Positions 25,154 to 33,728 of a stretch of DNA of 33,728 nucleotides are shown in pieces. Origin of the DNA: a virus (lineage: Duplodnaviria; Caudoviricetes); the IMG/VR virus record IMGVR_UViG_3300009037_000015, positions 1-33,728 of that record, one strand, 5' to 3'. A program made the position numbers and the translations under genes. Below the pieces are notes generated by a model, which saw only the letters and a program-made list of their open reading frames with translations, was not told the DNA's origin and did no database searches. Each line of letters opens with the position of its first letter. Positions within the stretch are counted from its first letter, which is position 1.

Positions 25154-25502
25154 CCCCGCAGCCCCGGTAGTTAAAAAACCGCTTTCCCAGCAATTTTACC
25201 GCGTAATAATTTCGATATGCAGAAAGCTTAAACCAGAGGGCGGCCCACGGGCTGCACTCTATTTTTACCGTGTAAAGCATGTTTTCTAAAAATGTTTCAT
25301 CCGCTTTCTTTCGATCCTCTTCTGTACGGCCAATATGATAGGCGAGGTCATGCCAGTTTGCATCGTGAAAAAAGAGGTGAGAGGAAGGAAGGTTGTGCAA
25401 AAACTTGGTAACTTCGGGAAGCCCCGAAGGGCCCACCCCGTTGGTAACATTCTTTTTGCAGTTTGGGCAAAAATTTGAAGACTTCACGCTATCATTCTCC
25501 AC
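25131..25502 (-). CDS. Prokaryotic phospholipase A2-like / DUF1353-like protein
   Basis: 'NG.G....HD.AY.IG.....RKKADETFL.NM....YY.AV...G' pattern. Confidence 0.55.
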   Translation of the reverse strand: MENDSVKSSNFCPNCKKNVTNGVGPSGLPEVTKFLHNLPSSHLFFHDANWHDLAYHIGRTEEDRKKADETFLENMLYTVKIECSPWAALWFKLSAYRNYYAVKLLGKRFFNYRGCGASSYTST

Positions 25503-27783
25503 TCATCTTTTCAAAATAGTCAGAATAATTTTGCATCAAAAGCGCATGAGTTAACATAAAGCTTTTCTCACCGCCACGATCAAAAGCCGCCTGCAAAACT
25601 TTGGCATACTTTGGCCCTGCTTTTTGCATTGTGTCCCCAACTGAAAGAGCACCTTTCACCATTTTACCGCCTGAGTAGTCCATCGCAGCACCAAGAAGTG
25701 CCCCTGCTGGTTTAATGGGCCCCGGAGTTAAATGAGTCATAAGCTGAACAAGCCGTGATCCATTGGGACGTGACTGTTCAAATGCCCTCGTTACCGCATA
25801 GTTGTTCATCTCATCAACCATTTCGGGGCCGAGGCCAGAAAAAGCGTCTTTTGCGCCGCTGTTTTTAGCAGTATCACCAAGCCTCGAATACCTATCAATC
25901 ATCGCGTTCGCATTATTTTCAGTTACTGGCCCAACGTTTGCTTTAGCTGCTTTGAAACCCTGTTTAGCTTCGATTGCAGCACGCTCAGCGTCCATCATCG
26001 CTTGCTTTTCTGGTAGCCCATTAAGCTGACTTTTAATATCAACATTCCTAGCTGAGTCGAGAGCTTGTTGTTCGGGGAGCCCGCGATATTTTCCAAGTTT
26101 ATCCACTTCAGACATGTACTTTGATTCCATGTACTTTCTAACTCTGGGATCTTGTATGACTGAAAATGGTTCGTTTTTTGGATTTGCATTTAATGCATTT
26201 TCGAGGTTCTGCAGCTTCTGAGTTCTATAAGAATCGGAAAGAGTCCTCTTGATACCGCTGTAATAGTCTTTGCCAATCGCGTCTCTCGCTTCATCAGCTG
26301 TTTTCAAAAATTGGGAGTATTGAAGTCGAAAATCTTTATACTTGGGATCAGCAATTGCATCATCGATTGAGTCATTAAGTGAGTTTTGCAGCTTACGTAG
26401 GGATCTTTCGGCCTCATCCGAATAACCTTCCCTTTGGATGTTATCCCAATCGATTTTCCCTTGTGCATAAGCCCTAGCTTTTCTGGCATCACTGGCAGTC
26501 ATGCCATAATTACCGTCTGTTTTTGCTTTTATGTCCTCAAGCACACTTTTAAGCTTGGCCTTATCCGCGCTTGAAATGAGGTTATCAATTTCATTTTCAA
26601 AAGTCGTAAGAGGGGCCGATACCTCGACATAGTCCGTGTCTTTTAAATATTGTTGCTGAACTTTTGCAGCCGCAATGTTTTTCTCTTTTACTTTTTTAAA
26701 AAGAGTATCAACTTGATCCACTACTCCGGTATCAAGCTCTTTCGCCGCGTTCATTTCATCACGCAATCTTGCATTCGCCCCTTGTAGTTCCCCCTGTAGC
26801 CGCTGTAGCTCCTCAGTTCGCGCCCTTCTTACTTGATCGCTCGCCTCACCATAGGCCTCTTTAGCTACCCCTTGCGCCTCTTTCGCAGCTAAAAACTGTT
26901 CTTCTTTATCTGCTATTTCTTTATAGAGAGGTGCGAGCTTTTCTTGAACTTTACCCTGAATGTAGCGTGTTTTAGGGTTAGTCACCGCGTCATTAAACTT
27001 GTTCCCAGTGCTTGGCGCTTCCTTCTCTGCCTTGGCCGCCCAATCATCATAAAGCTTGGGATTATCGCCGTACTCATCAAGTGCGGCGCGGGATATCCCA
27101 AGCTTTTCGCCAGACCATTTACTGCCTTTTTTGAGAGTGTCGCCTGCCTCACCTGCTACTTTGCTTGCGACTTTCCCTATCCCATGAATTCCACCCGTAA
27201 CACCACCGCCCACGCTTAAACCCGTAGCAACATCTTTTACTTGTTGCCCACTAAAGTTCTCAGCATTACTTGAACCCAGTGAATCTAACCCGCCTTGAAC
27301 TGCACCTTTGCCTAGTTTAACTGCAAGCGAAGCACCCTTAGCAGCATTAAGGACGGGTACAAAAGCCGTAGCTACCCCGCCCGCAATATTGCCGCCCATG
27401 TAGGTTTTAGCGTTGTCCTCTTCTGCTTTCTTGTTAGCAGCTCGTGATTCATCTCGTGCCTGTTCATAGGTTTTTTTGGTAAACAGCGACTCCAAGCCGC
27501 CCGTTATCTCATCACTGAAACCCATGGTAGCCCCCTGCAGCGCACCTCTACCGAAGGATTCTATTTTACTTACAGCGTTAGGATCATAAGCCTCAAACCC
27601 CTGCTTTTTAGCAGTATCATAGTGAGAAAGCGGGATATCATAAACCTCACCTTTTCGATCTTTCATCGATACTTTCTGGCTTTTATCTATTTCAAACCCT
27701 TGTGACATGGCCTCGTTAACCCTATCGATAGGTAAGTCATATGTATCACCGTTAACGTCTTTAGCAACAATTTTAATAGCCAC
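25492..27783 (-). CDS. Large internal virion (ejection) protein
   Basis: 763 aa, 'RGALQGATMGFSDEI' motif, Gly/Ala TM-like segments, helical. Confidence 0.7.
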   Translation of the reverse strand: MAIKIVAKDVNGDTYDLPIDRVNEAMSQGFEIDKSQKVSMKDRKGEVYDIPLSHYDTAKKQGFEAYDPNAVSKIESFGRGALQGATMGFSDEITGGLESLFTKKTYEQARDESRAANKKAEEDNAKTYMGGNIAGGVATAFVPVLNAAKGASLAVKLGKGAVQGGLDSLGSSNAENFSGQQVKDVATGLSVGGGVTGGIHGIGKVASKVAGEAGDTLKKGSKWSGEKLGISRAALDEYGDNPKLYDDWAAKAEKEAPSTGNKFNDAVTNPKTRYIQGKVQEKLAPLYKEIADKEEQFLAAKEAQGVAKEAYGEASDQVRRARTEELQRLQGELQGANARLRDEMNAAKELDTGVVDQVDTLFKKVKEKNIAAAKVQQQYLKDTDYVEVSAPLTTFENEIDNLISSADKAKLKSVLEDIKAKTDGNYGMTASDARKARAYAQGKIDWDNIQREGYSDEAERSLRKLQNSLNDSIDDAIADPKYKDFRLQYSQFLKTADEARDAIGKDYYSGIKRTLSDSYRTQKLQNLENALNANPKNEPFSVIQDPRVRKYMESKYMSEVDKLGKYRGLPEQQALDSARNVDIKSQLNGLPEKQAMMDAERAAIEAKQGFKAAKANVGPVTENNANAMIDRYSRLGDTAKNSGAKDAFSGLGPEMVDEMNNYAVTRAFEQSRPNGSRLVQLMTHLTPGPIKPAGALLGAAMDYSGGKMVKGALSVGDTMQKAGPKYAKVLQAAFDRGGEKSFMLTHALLMQNYSDYFEKMSGE

Positions 27784-28948
27784 CGCCTTTACCTCCAGTT
27801 ACGCGTTTAAACTGTGTCAAATCGCTTGTAGGCTTTTGCTCATCACTTACACCACCGGATTTTTTAAACCCCGATAAATCAGGAGGCAAAGGTGCCGAAG
27901 GTATTTTGTCCCAAGCATTGCCAGCCTCGGCTTTTAGTGATGCAAGTACCAAAGCCCTGTTTTCTTCTTTTTGGAGTAGAATTTCTTCAGAGTCACCCGC
28001 CCTTGGAAAGTATTGCTTTTGAGCGTTTTCAAACTCTAACGGAGAAATTGCTGCACCCGATTCTCGTCTTAACAGCGCGTTTACAAAGTTACGTTCGGCT
28101 TGATCTTGAGACTTCCACTCACTAGATGATAAAGACTCAGGAATAAGTTTAGTCGCAACTGAACTTGTGTAATCAGCCCGATTATAACCACTATTTTTAA
28201 GTGACCGAAATACCCCTTCGGCTTGTTCAAGTCTTTTTCCAAAACCCGCTGTCTGTGATTGTTGCGCTGTAGGGATTTTTTCTTTGGCCGCTATAGCTGC
28301 TTTATCAGCCCTTGAATCTGTCCGTGCCTGTAGTTGAGCTGCTCTTGTAGCTGAGGCCATTTCTTTTTTAGCTTTTATTTCTTCTGAATCGTTAAAAGCT
28401 TTATAAAGTCCGGGCGTGATCTTTTCAAGCTGCGCCGCACTGATTCTGTCAAGATCGGGATAGTTCGCAGCTGAGGGGACCATCTTCTTGAGGTATTCAC
28501 GCGCTTGTACTGACTCATTAGAATTAGGATCATTTGCCGATGCAGCTTTAGCGTTGTTTGTTTCAAACTCATTTAGCGCCGCGCCCGTTTTAAAGTCGGT
28601 ATCAACCTTTGTTCGATCAACCGTTTCCTGCGCTAAATTGCTGCTAGTGATCGGTGAGATTCTATCCTCATATTTTGGACGGTTTGCCTGAATCTGTTCA
28701 GGCGCCCTACCCAAATCTTGCATCCTATTTTTAAGCACCACGTTTTGTTTTTGCGAGTTATTAAAATCATTCATCAGATTGCCCGCAATATTGCCGTAGG
28801 CACCCATTTGCTGCTGACTTTTTGCAGCTTCAACGCTAGCGTCTTTTTCAGCCATCTGCTGACGATAGCGTTCAATAAGAGCGGGGTTACTGCGTGCAAG
28901 TGTGTCAAGAATATTGGGATTAAGGGGCTGTTGTTCCTCTTCACTCAT
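27773..28948 (-). CDS. Internal virion (ejection) protein
   Basis: 'QAERNFVNALLRRESGAAIS..EF.NA.KQYFP..GD' motif. Start 28948 or 28966. Confidence 0.7.
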   Translation of the reverse strand: MSEEEQQPLNPNILDTLARSNPALIERYRQQMAEKDASVEAAKSQQQMGAYGNIAGNLMNDFNNSQKQNVVLKNRMQDLGRAPEQIQANRPKYEDRISPITSSNLAQETVDRTKVDTDFKTGAALNEFETNNAKAASANDPNSNESVQAREYLKKMVPSAANYPDLDRISAAQLEKITPGLYKAFNDSEEIKAKKEMASATRAAQLQARTDSRADKAAIAAKEKIPTAQQSQTAGFGKRLEQAEGVFRSLKNSGYNRADYTSSVATKLIPESLSSSEWKSQDQAERNFVNALLRRESGAAISPLEFENAQKQYFPRAGDSEEILLQKEENRALVLASLKAEAGNAWDKIPSAPLPPDLSGFKKSGGVSDEQKPTSDLTQFKRVTGGKGGGY

Positions 28949-28970
28949 TCCATTTTTCCAAAGCATAGCG

Positions 28971-30239
28971 TTAGCCTTTCATCTTTTTATTAATATGTGA
29001 AACTGCCTCGAAAAGTGCTCCGATAGCGTCAGGCATTGAGATGTTTTTCATGCCCTCTTCATCCTCTTTCACCATTGAGCGACCGATATTTGTTTTCTCA
29101 AGATCCTGAGCCACGACGCCGTGCTTGTTGCCCTCGCCCTCTTTGTAGTCATAAGCTTTGGGGGAAAGACTTTCTAAGAAAGCCTCAATTTCCATTGGAT
29201 GTTCGCTTTGGATGTTTTCTTTACACCGCTCATCACTTCGGTAGGTATTATTTTTATAAGCTGTGCGCCCGACTGAGTTTCCTATACCTGAGCCTACTTG
29301 TGCGCCCGCCGCTGCGCCTGCAGGACCACCATAAATTCCCCCCACTACTCCGCCAGCTGCGCCCATGATCCCGCTAAGTTTTCCGGCTGAGGCCTCTTCT
29401 GCCTGCTGATCGGCCATCATTTTACGGTTTTGACCGTCCACTGAGCTATTGTAGCCAAGTGTTGCTGATCCCTGCTTTGCTCCCAACCTATCGCGGCTAA
29501 AATCATATTTTGACCTCGCATTGTTATCGATCGTCTGGTTATTTCTATTCCAATTATTTTGCATCGCTGAGTTAGTATTTTGACTATTAAACCGTGCAAT
29601 TTGATCGGCTGCCTGAGCTTTCATAGAAGCTTGATCAAAGTCGCGGCCCTGCAGCCTTGTTGCTTGATTGCCAAGCTGCGCCGTTGCACTCTGCTTTCTA
29701 TTTTGCATCATCCCTTCTTGTTCAAGTGCTTTGAGAGAAGCCATTTCGTTAGCATCCTGAGCGCTTTGCATTTGAGCGACAAGGTCCATGCCAGATCCGC
29801 TCATCCCTCTGGCTTGCATGTTCTGCATAATCGCGCCTTGACGGCCACGGTTTTGACGATTGACATCACTTTCAACGCGGGCCATATCGGCCCGATCGGC
29901 TGCAGTAAAACCGTTTTTGCTTTGATCCTCAAGATCCCGAAGAGCGCTCATCTCATATTCTGCATATCTCGGATCCGTGGTTATATCGCCCATTGCCGAA
30001 GCACCAAGCTCATCAATTCCAAGATCCTCACCCCTATCGTAAGAAGCGGCGCCGCCCGCAACAAACTCATCAGTTGCGCCTTGCATGTCAGCCATTGCTT
30101 TAGCCTGTTCAGCTTCAAAGCTGCTGTAGTCCGGTCCTTCATTTGCGCCGAAAATAGCATCACCAATGCCAAGTCCCATTGGATCGATTACTGTCTTTGC
30201 GATTCCTGATAGCTTTTTAGGTATTTTAAATTTAGCCAT
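28971..30239 (-). CDS. Internal virion protein with glycine zipper and C-terminal peptidase S74 chaperone domain
   Basis: Q/A/M-rich helical body, GxxxG repeats, 'SDERCKENI...YDYK...GVVAQDLE'. Confidence 0.75.
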   Translation of the reverse strand: MAKFKIPKKLSGIAKTVIDPMGLGIGDAIFGANEGPDYSSFEAEQAKAMADMQGATDEFVAGGAASYDRGEDLGIDELGASAMGDITTDPRYAEYEMSALRDLEDQSKNGFTAADRADMARVESDVNRQNRGRQGAIMQNMQARGMSGSGMDLVAQMQSAQDANEMASLKALEQEGMMQNRKQSATAQLGNQATRLQGRDFDQASMKAQAADQIARFNSQNTNSAMQNNWNRNNQTIDNNARSKYDFSRDRLGAKQGSATLGYNSSVDGQNRKMMADQQAEEASAGKLSGIMGAAGGVVGGIYGGPAGAAAGAQVGSGIGNSVGRTAYKNNTYRSDERCKENIQSEHPMEIEAFLESLSPKAYDYKEGEGNKHGVVAQDLEKTNIGRSMVKEDEEGMKNISMPDAIGALFEAVSHINKKMKG

Positions 30240-30251
30240 GTCCTATTTCCT

Positions 30252-31544
30252 TTATCTAAAAAATTTTGGTATCTTTAACTTCTTAGAAGCTGCTTCCGCT
30301 TGCTTTTTAACCTCTTCCAATGAAGGAGGTGGAGGAGCAGGAGGTGGAGGAGCAGGAGGTGGAGGAGTCGGTTTTCCAAGGATAGCTTCAAGCTCCGCGT
30401 CGGACATTCCACCAGTTAAATCTACAGTTCCAGTAGGTGTATAGGGTGAAACAGTTGTAGTTGGCTTCGGAGAACTATCTATTACTTCCTGTGTAGTTGT
30501 ACTGCCATCAGGTAGTGTTATAGTGCCATCGGGATTGGTCTTCGTTTCTCCGATTTGAAAAGTACCGATAGGAGCCTCATCTATTTTAGGTGGAGGTGGG
30601 GGAGGAGGTGGAGGTGGAGCGCCCGCCTTGTAACTCTTCGCATACTCCTCAGCTGAAAGCCCCCCAATGTCATTTAGTGCCGCAATATCATCAAGCTCAG
30701 CCTGAGATAAAACATCACCAAGGCCCGCACCTTGAAAGCCCACATTGCCCTGAGCTTCACTGCCATAGCCCCCGATTCTTGCGTTCGCGCCTGTTTTAAT
30801 CTTTTCTCTTATCCCAGCTGTGCTGTCTTTCACGCCTTTTTGAAGTCCCTCATATCCTGTTCGCCCGCTCGCCTCAGCGCCCTCAAGGCCCTTTTTAGCC
30901 GTGTTATACACGTTATTAACATCGGACGTTTTACCCTTTATTTTAGCAAGCTCATCCCGCCCCGACTTGTCACCTTGCATTAAAAAAGCGTCAAGATCGC
31001 GAAAACCGTCGCTGTAGTTGTACTGTTTAGAAAGATTTGACTGAACCGTACCATAGTCATCGACTTTTTCAAGCCTGCCATTAAGATCATTTTTTGTCGC
31101 GCCAAGCGTTGCGACTGTACTGCCTACCGTCGGGCCCGTGTAGCCCGATCCAACAAAACTTTTAGCCCCAGCTAAGTTTTCTGAAGCGTCTTTCGTAAGG
31201 CCATCTTTTATCCCAGTTGCAGCAGTTTCAGCTGCCTTTGTCGATTCAGCAAATTTAGTATTTAAATCTGATACTGTGCTGGTGGTATCAGTGCCGAACT
31301 TATCGACATCATCCGTTATCCCTTTGTTTGCCGTACTAGCAAGGCCCGCGCCTACTCCCTTATTTAAATCAAGATATCGGTCGAGGTTAGTAAAGCCGCT
31401 ATTTGCGGGTGCCTTAGCCGTAGGCTGCATAATCTGGCTACTTGTCGATCCACCCACGACGCCGCTTGTATTTAGGCCCGTGTTGCCGCCGGAAAGCTGC
31501 GCCTGCATTCTTCTTTTTTCCGCTTCATCAGCATAAATGGTCAT
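30252..31544 (-). CDS. Internal virion protein with polyproline C-terminus
   Basis: 430 aa, 'SGFTNLDRYL..N' motif, two poly-Pro tracts. Confidence 0.65.
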   Translation of the reverse strand: MTIYADEAEKRRMQAQLSGGNTGLNTSGVVGGSTSSQIMQPTAKAPANSGFTNLDRYLDLNKGVGAGLASTANKGITDDVDKFGTDTTSTVSDLNTKFAESTKAAETAATGIKDGLTKDASENLAGAKSFVGSGYTGPTVGSTVATLGATKNDLNGRLEKVDDYGTVQSNLSKQYNYSDGFRDLDAFLMQGDKSGRDELAKIKGKTSDVNNVYNTAKKGLEGAEASGRTGYEGLQKGVKDSTAGIREKIKTGANARIGGYGSEAQGNVGFQGAGLGDVLSQAELDDIAALNDIGGLSAEEYAKSYKAGAPPPPPPPPPPKIDEAPIGTFQIGETKTNPDGTITLPDGSTTTQEVIDSSPKPTTTVSPYTPTGTVDLTGGMSDAELEAILGKPTPPPPAPPPPAPPPPSLEEVKKQAEAASKKLKIPKFFR

Positions 31545-31553
31545 GAAAATTCC

Positions 31554-31952
31554 TTATACAATTGCGATTAGAGTAACATCATGTTTTTTTGCCGCATCAA
31601 GCCCAAAAAGCTTCCAACTCACCTGATACCCCTTTTGATCGGTGTAGGTCAGCACCCAGCTAAAAGAGTAGGCTTGTGCAATGAGCTCACCGCCGGTGGT
31701 TATCTGCGCCACAATGCAACATGTAGGCTTTTCGTTCAGTGTCCAGGAGAAAATCCCGGTGGATTCTGCCACATCAAGCGCAACTTGAACCTTCTTATTT
31801 TTGAGGTTTTCGCTAATTGTAACACTATTAGCCGTGGTTTTATAAAGATCCTCAAGATAAGGATTCAGCAGCGACGCGAGCTTTCTCACAAGCTCCCTTG
31901 TCTCGCTGGCAAAGTCTTCTGGCACGATTTTTTTAAAGCTGACTATTTTCAT
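31554..31952 (-). CDS. Putative tail-associated structural protein
   Basis: 132 aa between the nozzle and ejection genes, GAGGAGG SD. Confidence 0.65.
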   Translation of the reverse strand: MKIVSFKKIVPEDFASETRELVRKLASLLNPYLEDLYKTTANSVTISENLKNKKVQVALDVAESTGIFSWTLNEKPTCCIVAQITTGGELIAQAYSFSWVLTYTDQKGYQVSWKLFGLDAAKKHDVTLIAIV

Positions 31953-31977
31953 TTTCGCCCCTCCTCTCTAATGCAGA

Positions 31978-33728
31978 TTATTTCGCGGTTCGAGTTGAAA
32001 GCGCGTTAAAAGAAAGCGTGATCCCTTCAATCTGAAAATCTGAAAAAGCTACTTTGCTCTCAAACCTCACCGATAGCGCTGAACATCTTGCATAGCTGCG
32101 CGGGATTCCAAGACGCTTCGGACCAGAACTCTGATCGCCCCCAAAAGCGCCGTCGCCAAAAGCAAACTGACCAAAAGCCCCGTTCCCCGATTCGCTGTAA
32201 ATCGTGACGGGCGTTTCAGAAGGGTTTAAATCGGAGGAGTAAACTATTTGCGCTTCTTTTTGAAAATTCTGCTTAGAAACTAGTGAGCACTCGTAATACT
32301 GTTTAAGAGCCCCGGCGTTACCACCAACGTCAGGATTCCAACCAATTTTGGTATCGATTGCTTTGTAAATCGTAACCGTGGGCGACACAAGATCCCAGAC
32401 CTGAGCTTCATCGATAATAATATAGCCGTCGTAAACCTCTTCAACATATGCAAAGCCGCTTGTCCCCTGATCGATCACATCCCCTTTAGCAATTGCTGCT
32501 TGAACATTAAATCCGGGGGCAAAGTTAAGCCGCGTGCCGACGTAACTTGCAAGCGTTGTTGTGGTGCCAAAATCAGCGTAATCCGTATAGTCATTCGCAT
32601 TCTTCTGCTTATAAACGTTAGCTACTGCAGCCATCCCAAGATAGATAGCTCCATCTGAAGGTTTAATCGCCCCGCAAGTCGTGTAAAGATCCCAATTTGT
32701 AAAGGTCCGGTTAAACGTATCAAACACAATTTGAAAGGAGCAAAAAGCATCGTCAGCAAGAAGCGGCGCGTTTAAAATGTATTTGCTATTGACATCATCA
32801 CCCACGGCAAACCCGTAATTTTTAACTGCAGTAATCAGCGCCCCGGTGAGCGGCAAGATCTGATCTTTAATTGGGAGGCTAAAATTGCTTACACCCGTAT
32901 CACTAACCTCGCAAAGTCCACTGGTAAACAGGCCGTAAATGAGGTTGTTGATCGAAACGAGGCTGTTCGGTGCAATGAGCCTTGCAGTTCCATCGAGTAG
33001 CGATATCGAAAAGTTGCTCTCGTTTTCACCGCGAAGCACAAAAGCACCGTCATTTTCTTTGAATATAAAGAGCCCTTCCCTCAAAGGCATAATCCTTGAA
33101 ATTCTATCATCGGAGGAGCCGACCTTAAGGATGTTTTTAATGGGGACTGCCTCTTGTTGGTTTGGTTTAGAAAACATTAAACCATTTTTAAAACTATCAT
33201 TAGAACTTGTGTTATTGGTATTGGCGGGACTTGTTAACTGAGGCTGAAAAGCCGCTGCTTTGCTTGAAACTGCAGTAAATGAGGCAGTTCCCAAAGCCCG
33301 CGCTTCAATAAGAATTTTACCCGGTAAATCGTTTATCCCAGTGCTCATTGAATAGGCATAGAACAGCGATGAGCCCCCTAGGTTTATGCAGCGAATAAGG
33401 CTTTTAATTGTGGCGTCAATGTTAGCAGCGGGTGAGCTTGTAGAACCCGAAGGCGTCACCTCAAATTTACGCGTTGCAGCGTCAAAGCTTCCAACGGCTA
33501 CCCCGGTATAAATTTCATCCGTGCCGCCCATGGTGAGCGTCAGCGTATCACCTACTCCAAAGCCCGCCGCTGATACTGAAAAAAGGCTAAAAGTGAGGCG
33601 GTGGATCGACTCAATATCAGCAAAAAACATATGGTTTTTGTACTCTGCAAGATCGCGTGATAAAGGAGGCACGGCGTTATCATTTGCAATGCCCTGCTGA
33701 CTTGGTGCGACGTAAATAGTAGCGCCGA
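31978..33728 (-). CDS. Tail nozzle / tubular protein B-like, C-terminal part (5' truncated by the window end)
   Basis: Frame stays open upstream of 33672 to the window end (GATIYVAPSQQGIANDNAVPP). Propeller-like motifs 'LMFSKP.Q.EAVP', 'LFIFKE.G'. Confidence 0.75.
   Translation of the reverse strand, partial: GATIYVAPSQQGIANDNAVPPLSRDLAEYKNHMFFADIESIHRLTFSLFSVSAAGFGVGDTLTLTMGGTDEIYTGVAVGSFDAATRKFEVTPSGSTSSPAANIDATIKSLIRCINLGGSSLFYAYSMSTGINDLPGKILIEARALGTASFTAVSSKAAAFQPQLTSPANTNNTSSNDSFKNGLMFSKPNQQEAVPIKNILKVGSSDDRISRIMPLREGLFIFKENDGAFVLRGENESNFSISLLDGTARLIAPNSLVSINNLIYGLFTSGLCEVSDTGVSNFSLPIKDQILPLTGALITAVKNYGFAVGDDVNSKYILNAPLLADDAFCSFQIVFDTFNRTFTNWDLYTTCGAIKPSDGAIYLGMAAVANVYKQKNANDYTDYADFGTTTTLASYVGTRLNFAPGFNVQAAIAKGDVIDQGTSGFAYVEEVYDGYIIIDEAQVWDLVSPTVTIYKAIDTKIGWNPDVGGNAGALKQYYECSLVSKQNFQKEAQIVYSSDLNPSETPVTIYSESGNGAFGQFAFGDGAFGGDQSSGPKRLGIPRSYARCSALSVRFESKVAFSDFQIEGITLSFNALSTRTAK

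Noticed and set aside
29580-30209. 209-aa plus-strand ORF and other antisense ORFs within virion genes
   Set aside because: Antisense shadows with no motifs or SD.
1-33728. DGR, retron, integrase or alternative genetic code
   Set aside because: No reverse transcriptase or recombinase motifs seen, and genes are intact and densely packed under the standard code.

Overview
The window looks like a near-complete, circularly permuted genome (~34 kb) of a podovirus-like tailed phage. A minus-strand virion module runs TerS, TerL, portal, scaffold, capsid, fibres and adaptor, then continues across the window ends with the nozzle gene and four internal/ejection proteins. The central region (12.7-24 kb) holds HNH, RuvC-like, RecT, gp157-like, an HTH replication initiator with a probable internal origin, small regulators and accessory genes. 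I recognise no DNA polymerase, helicase, integrase, tRNA, CRISPR or classical endolysin. Main oddities: (i) a self-contained two-gene unit of N/Q/A/M-rich ~100 aa paralogues resembling R-body (Reb) proteins, plus an unlisted third mini-paralogue 6.5 kb away; (ii) a covarying tandem RNA motif in the capsid leader; (iii) an array of four G·U-containing hairpins after recT and two other long intergenic stems; (iv) an S74 autochaperone on an ejection-type protein; (v) envelope cargo (HExxH lipoprotein, PLA2-like protein, collagen lipoprotein, TM/beta-strand protein). All protein calls rest on motifs and synteny, with no database searches.
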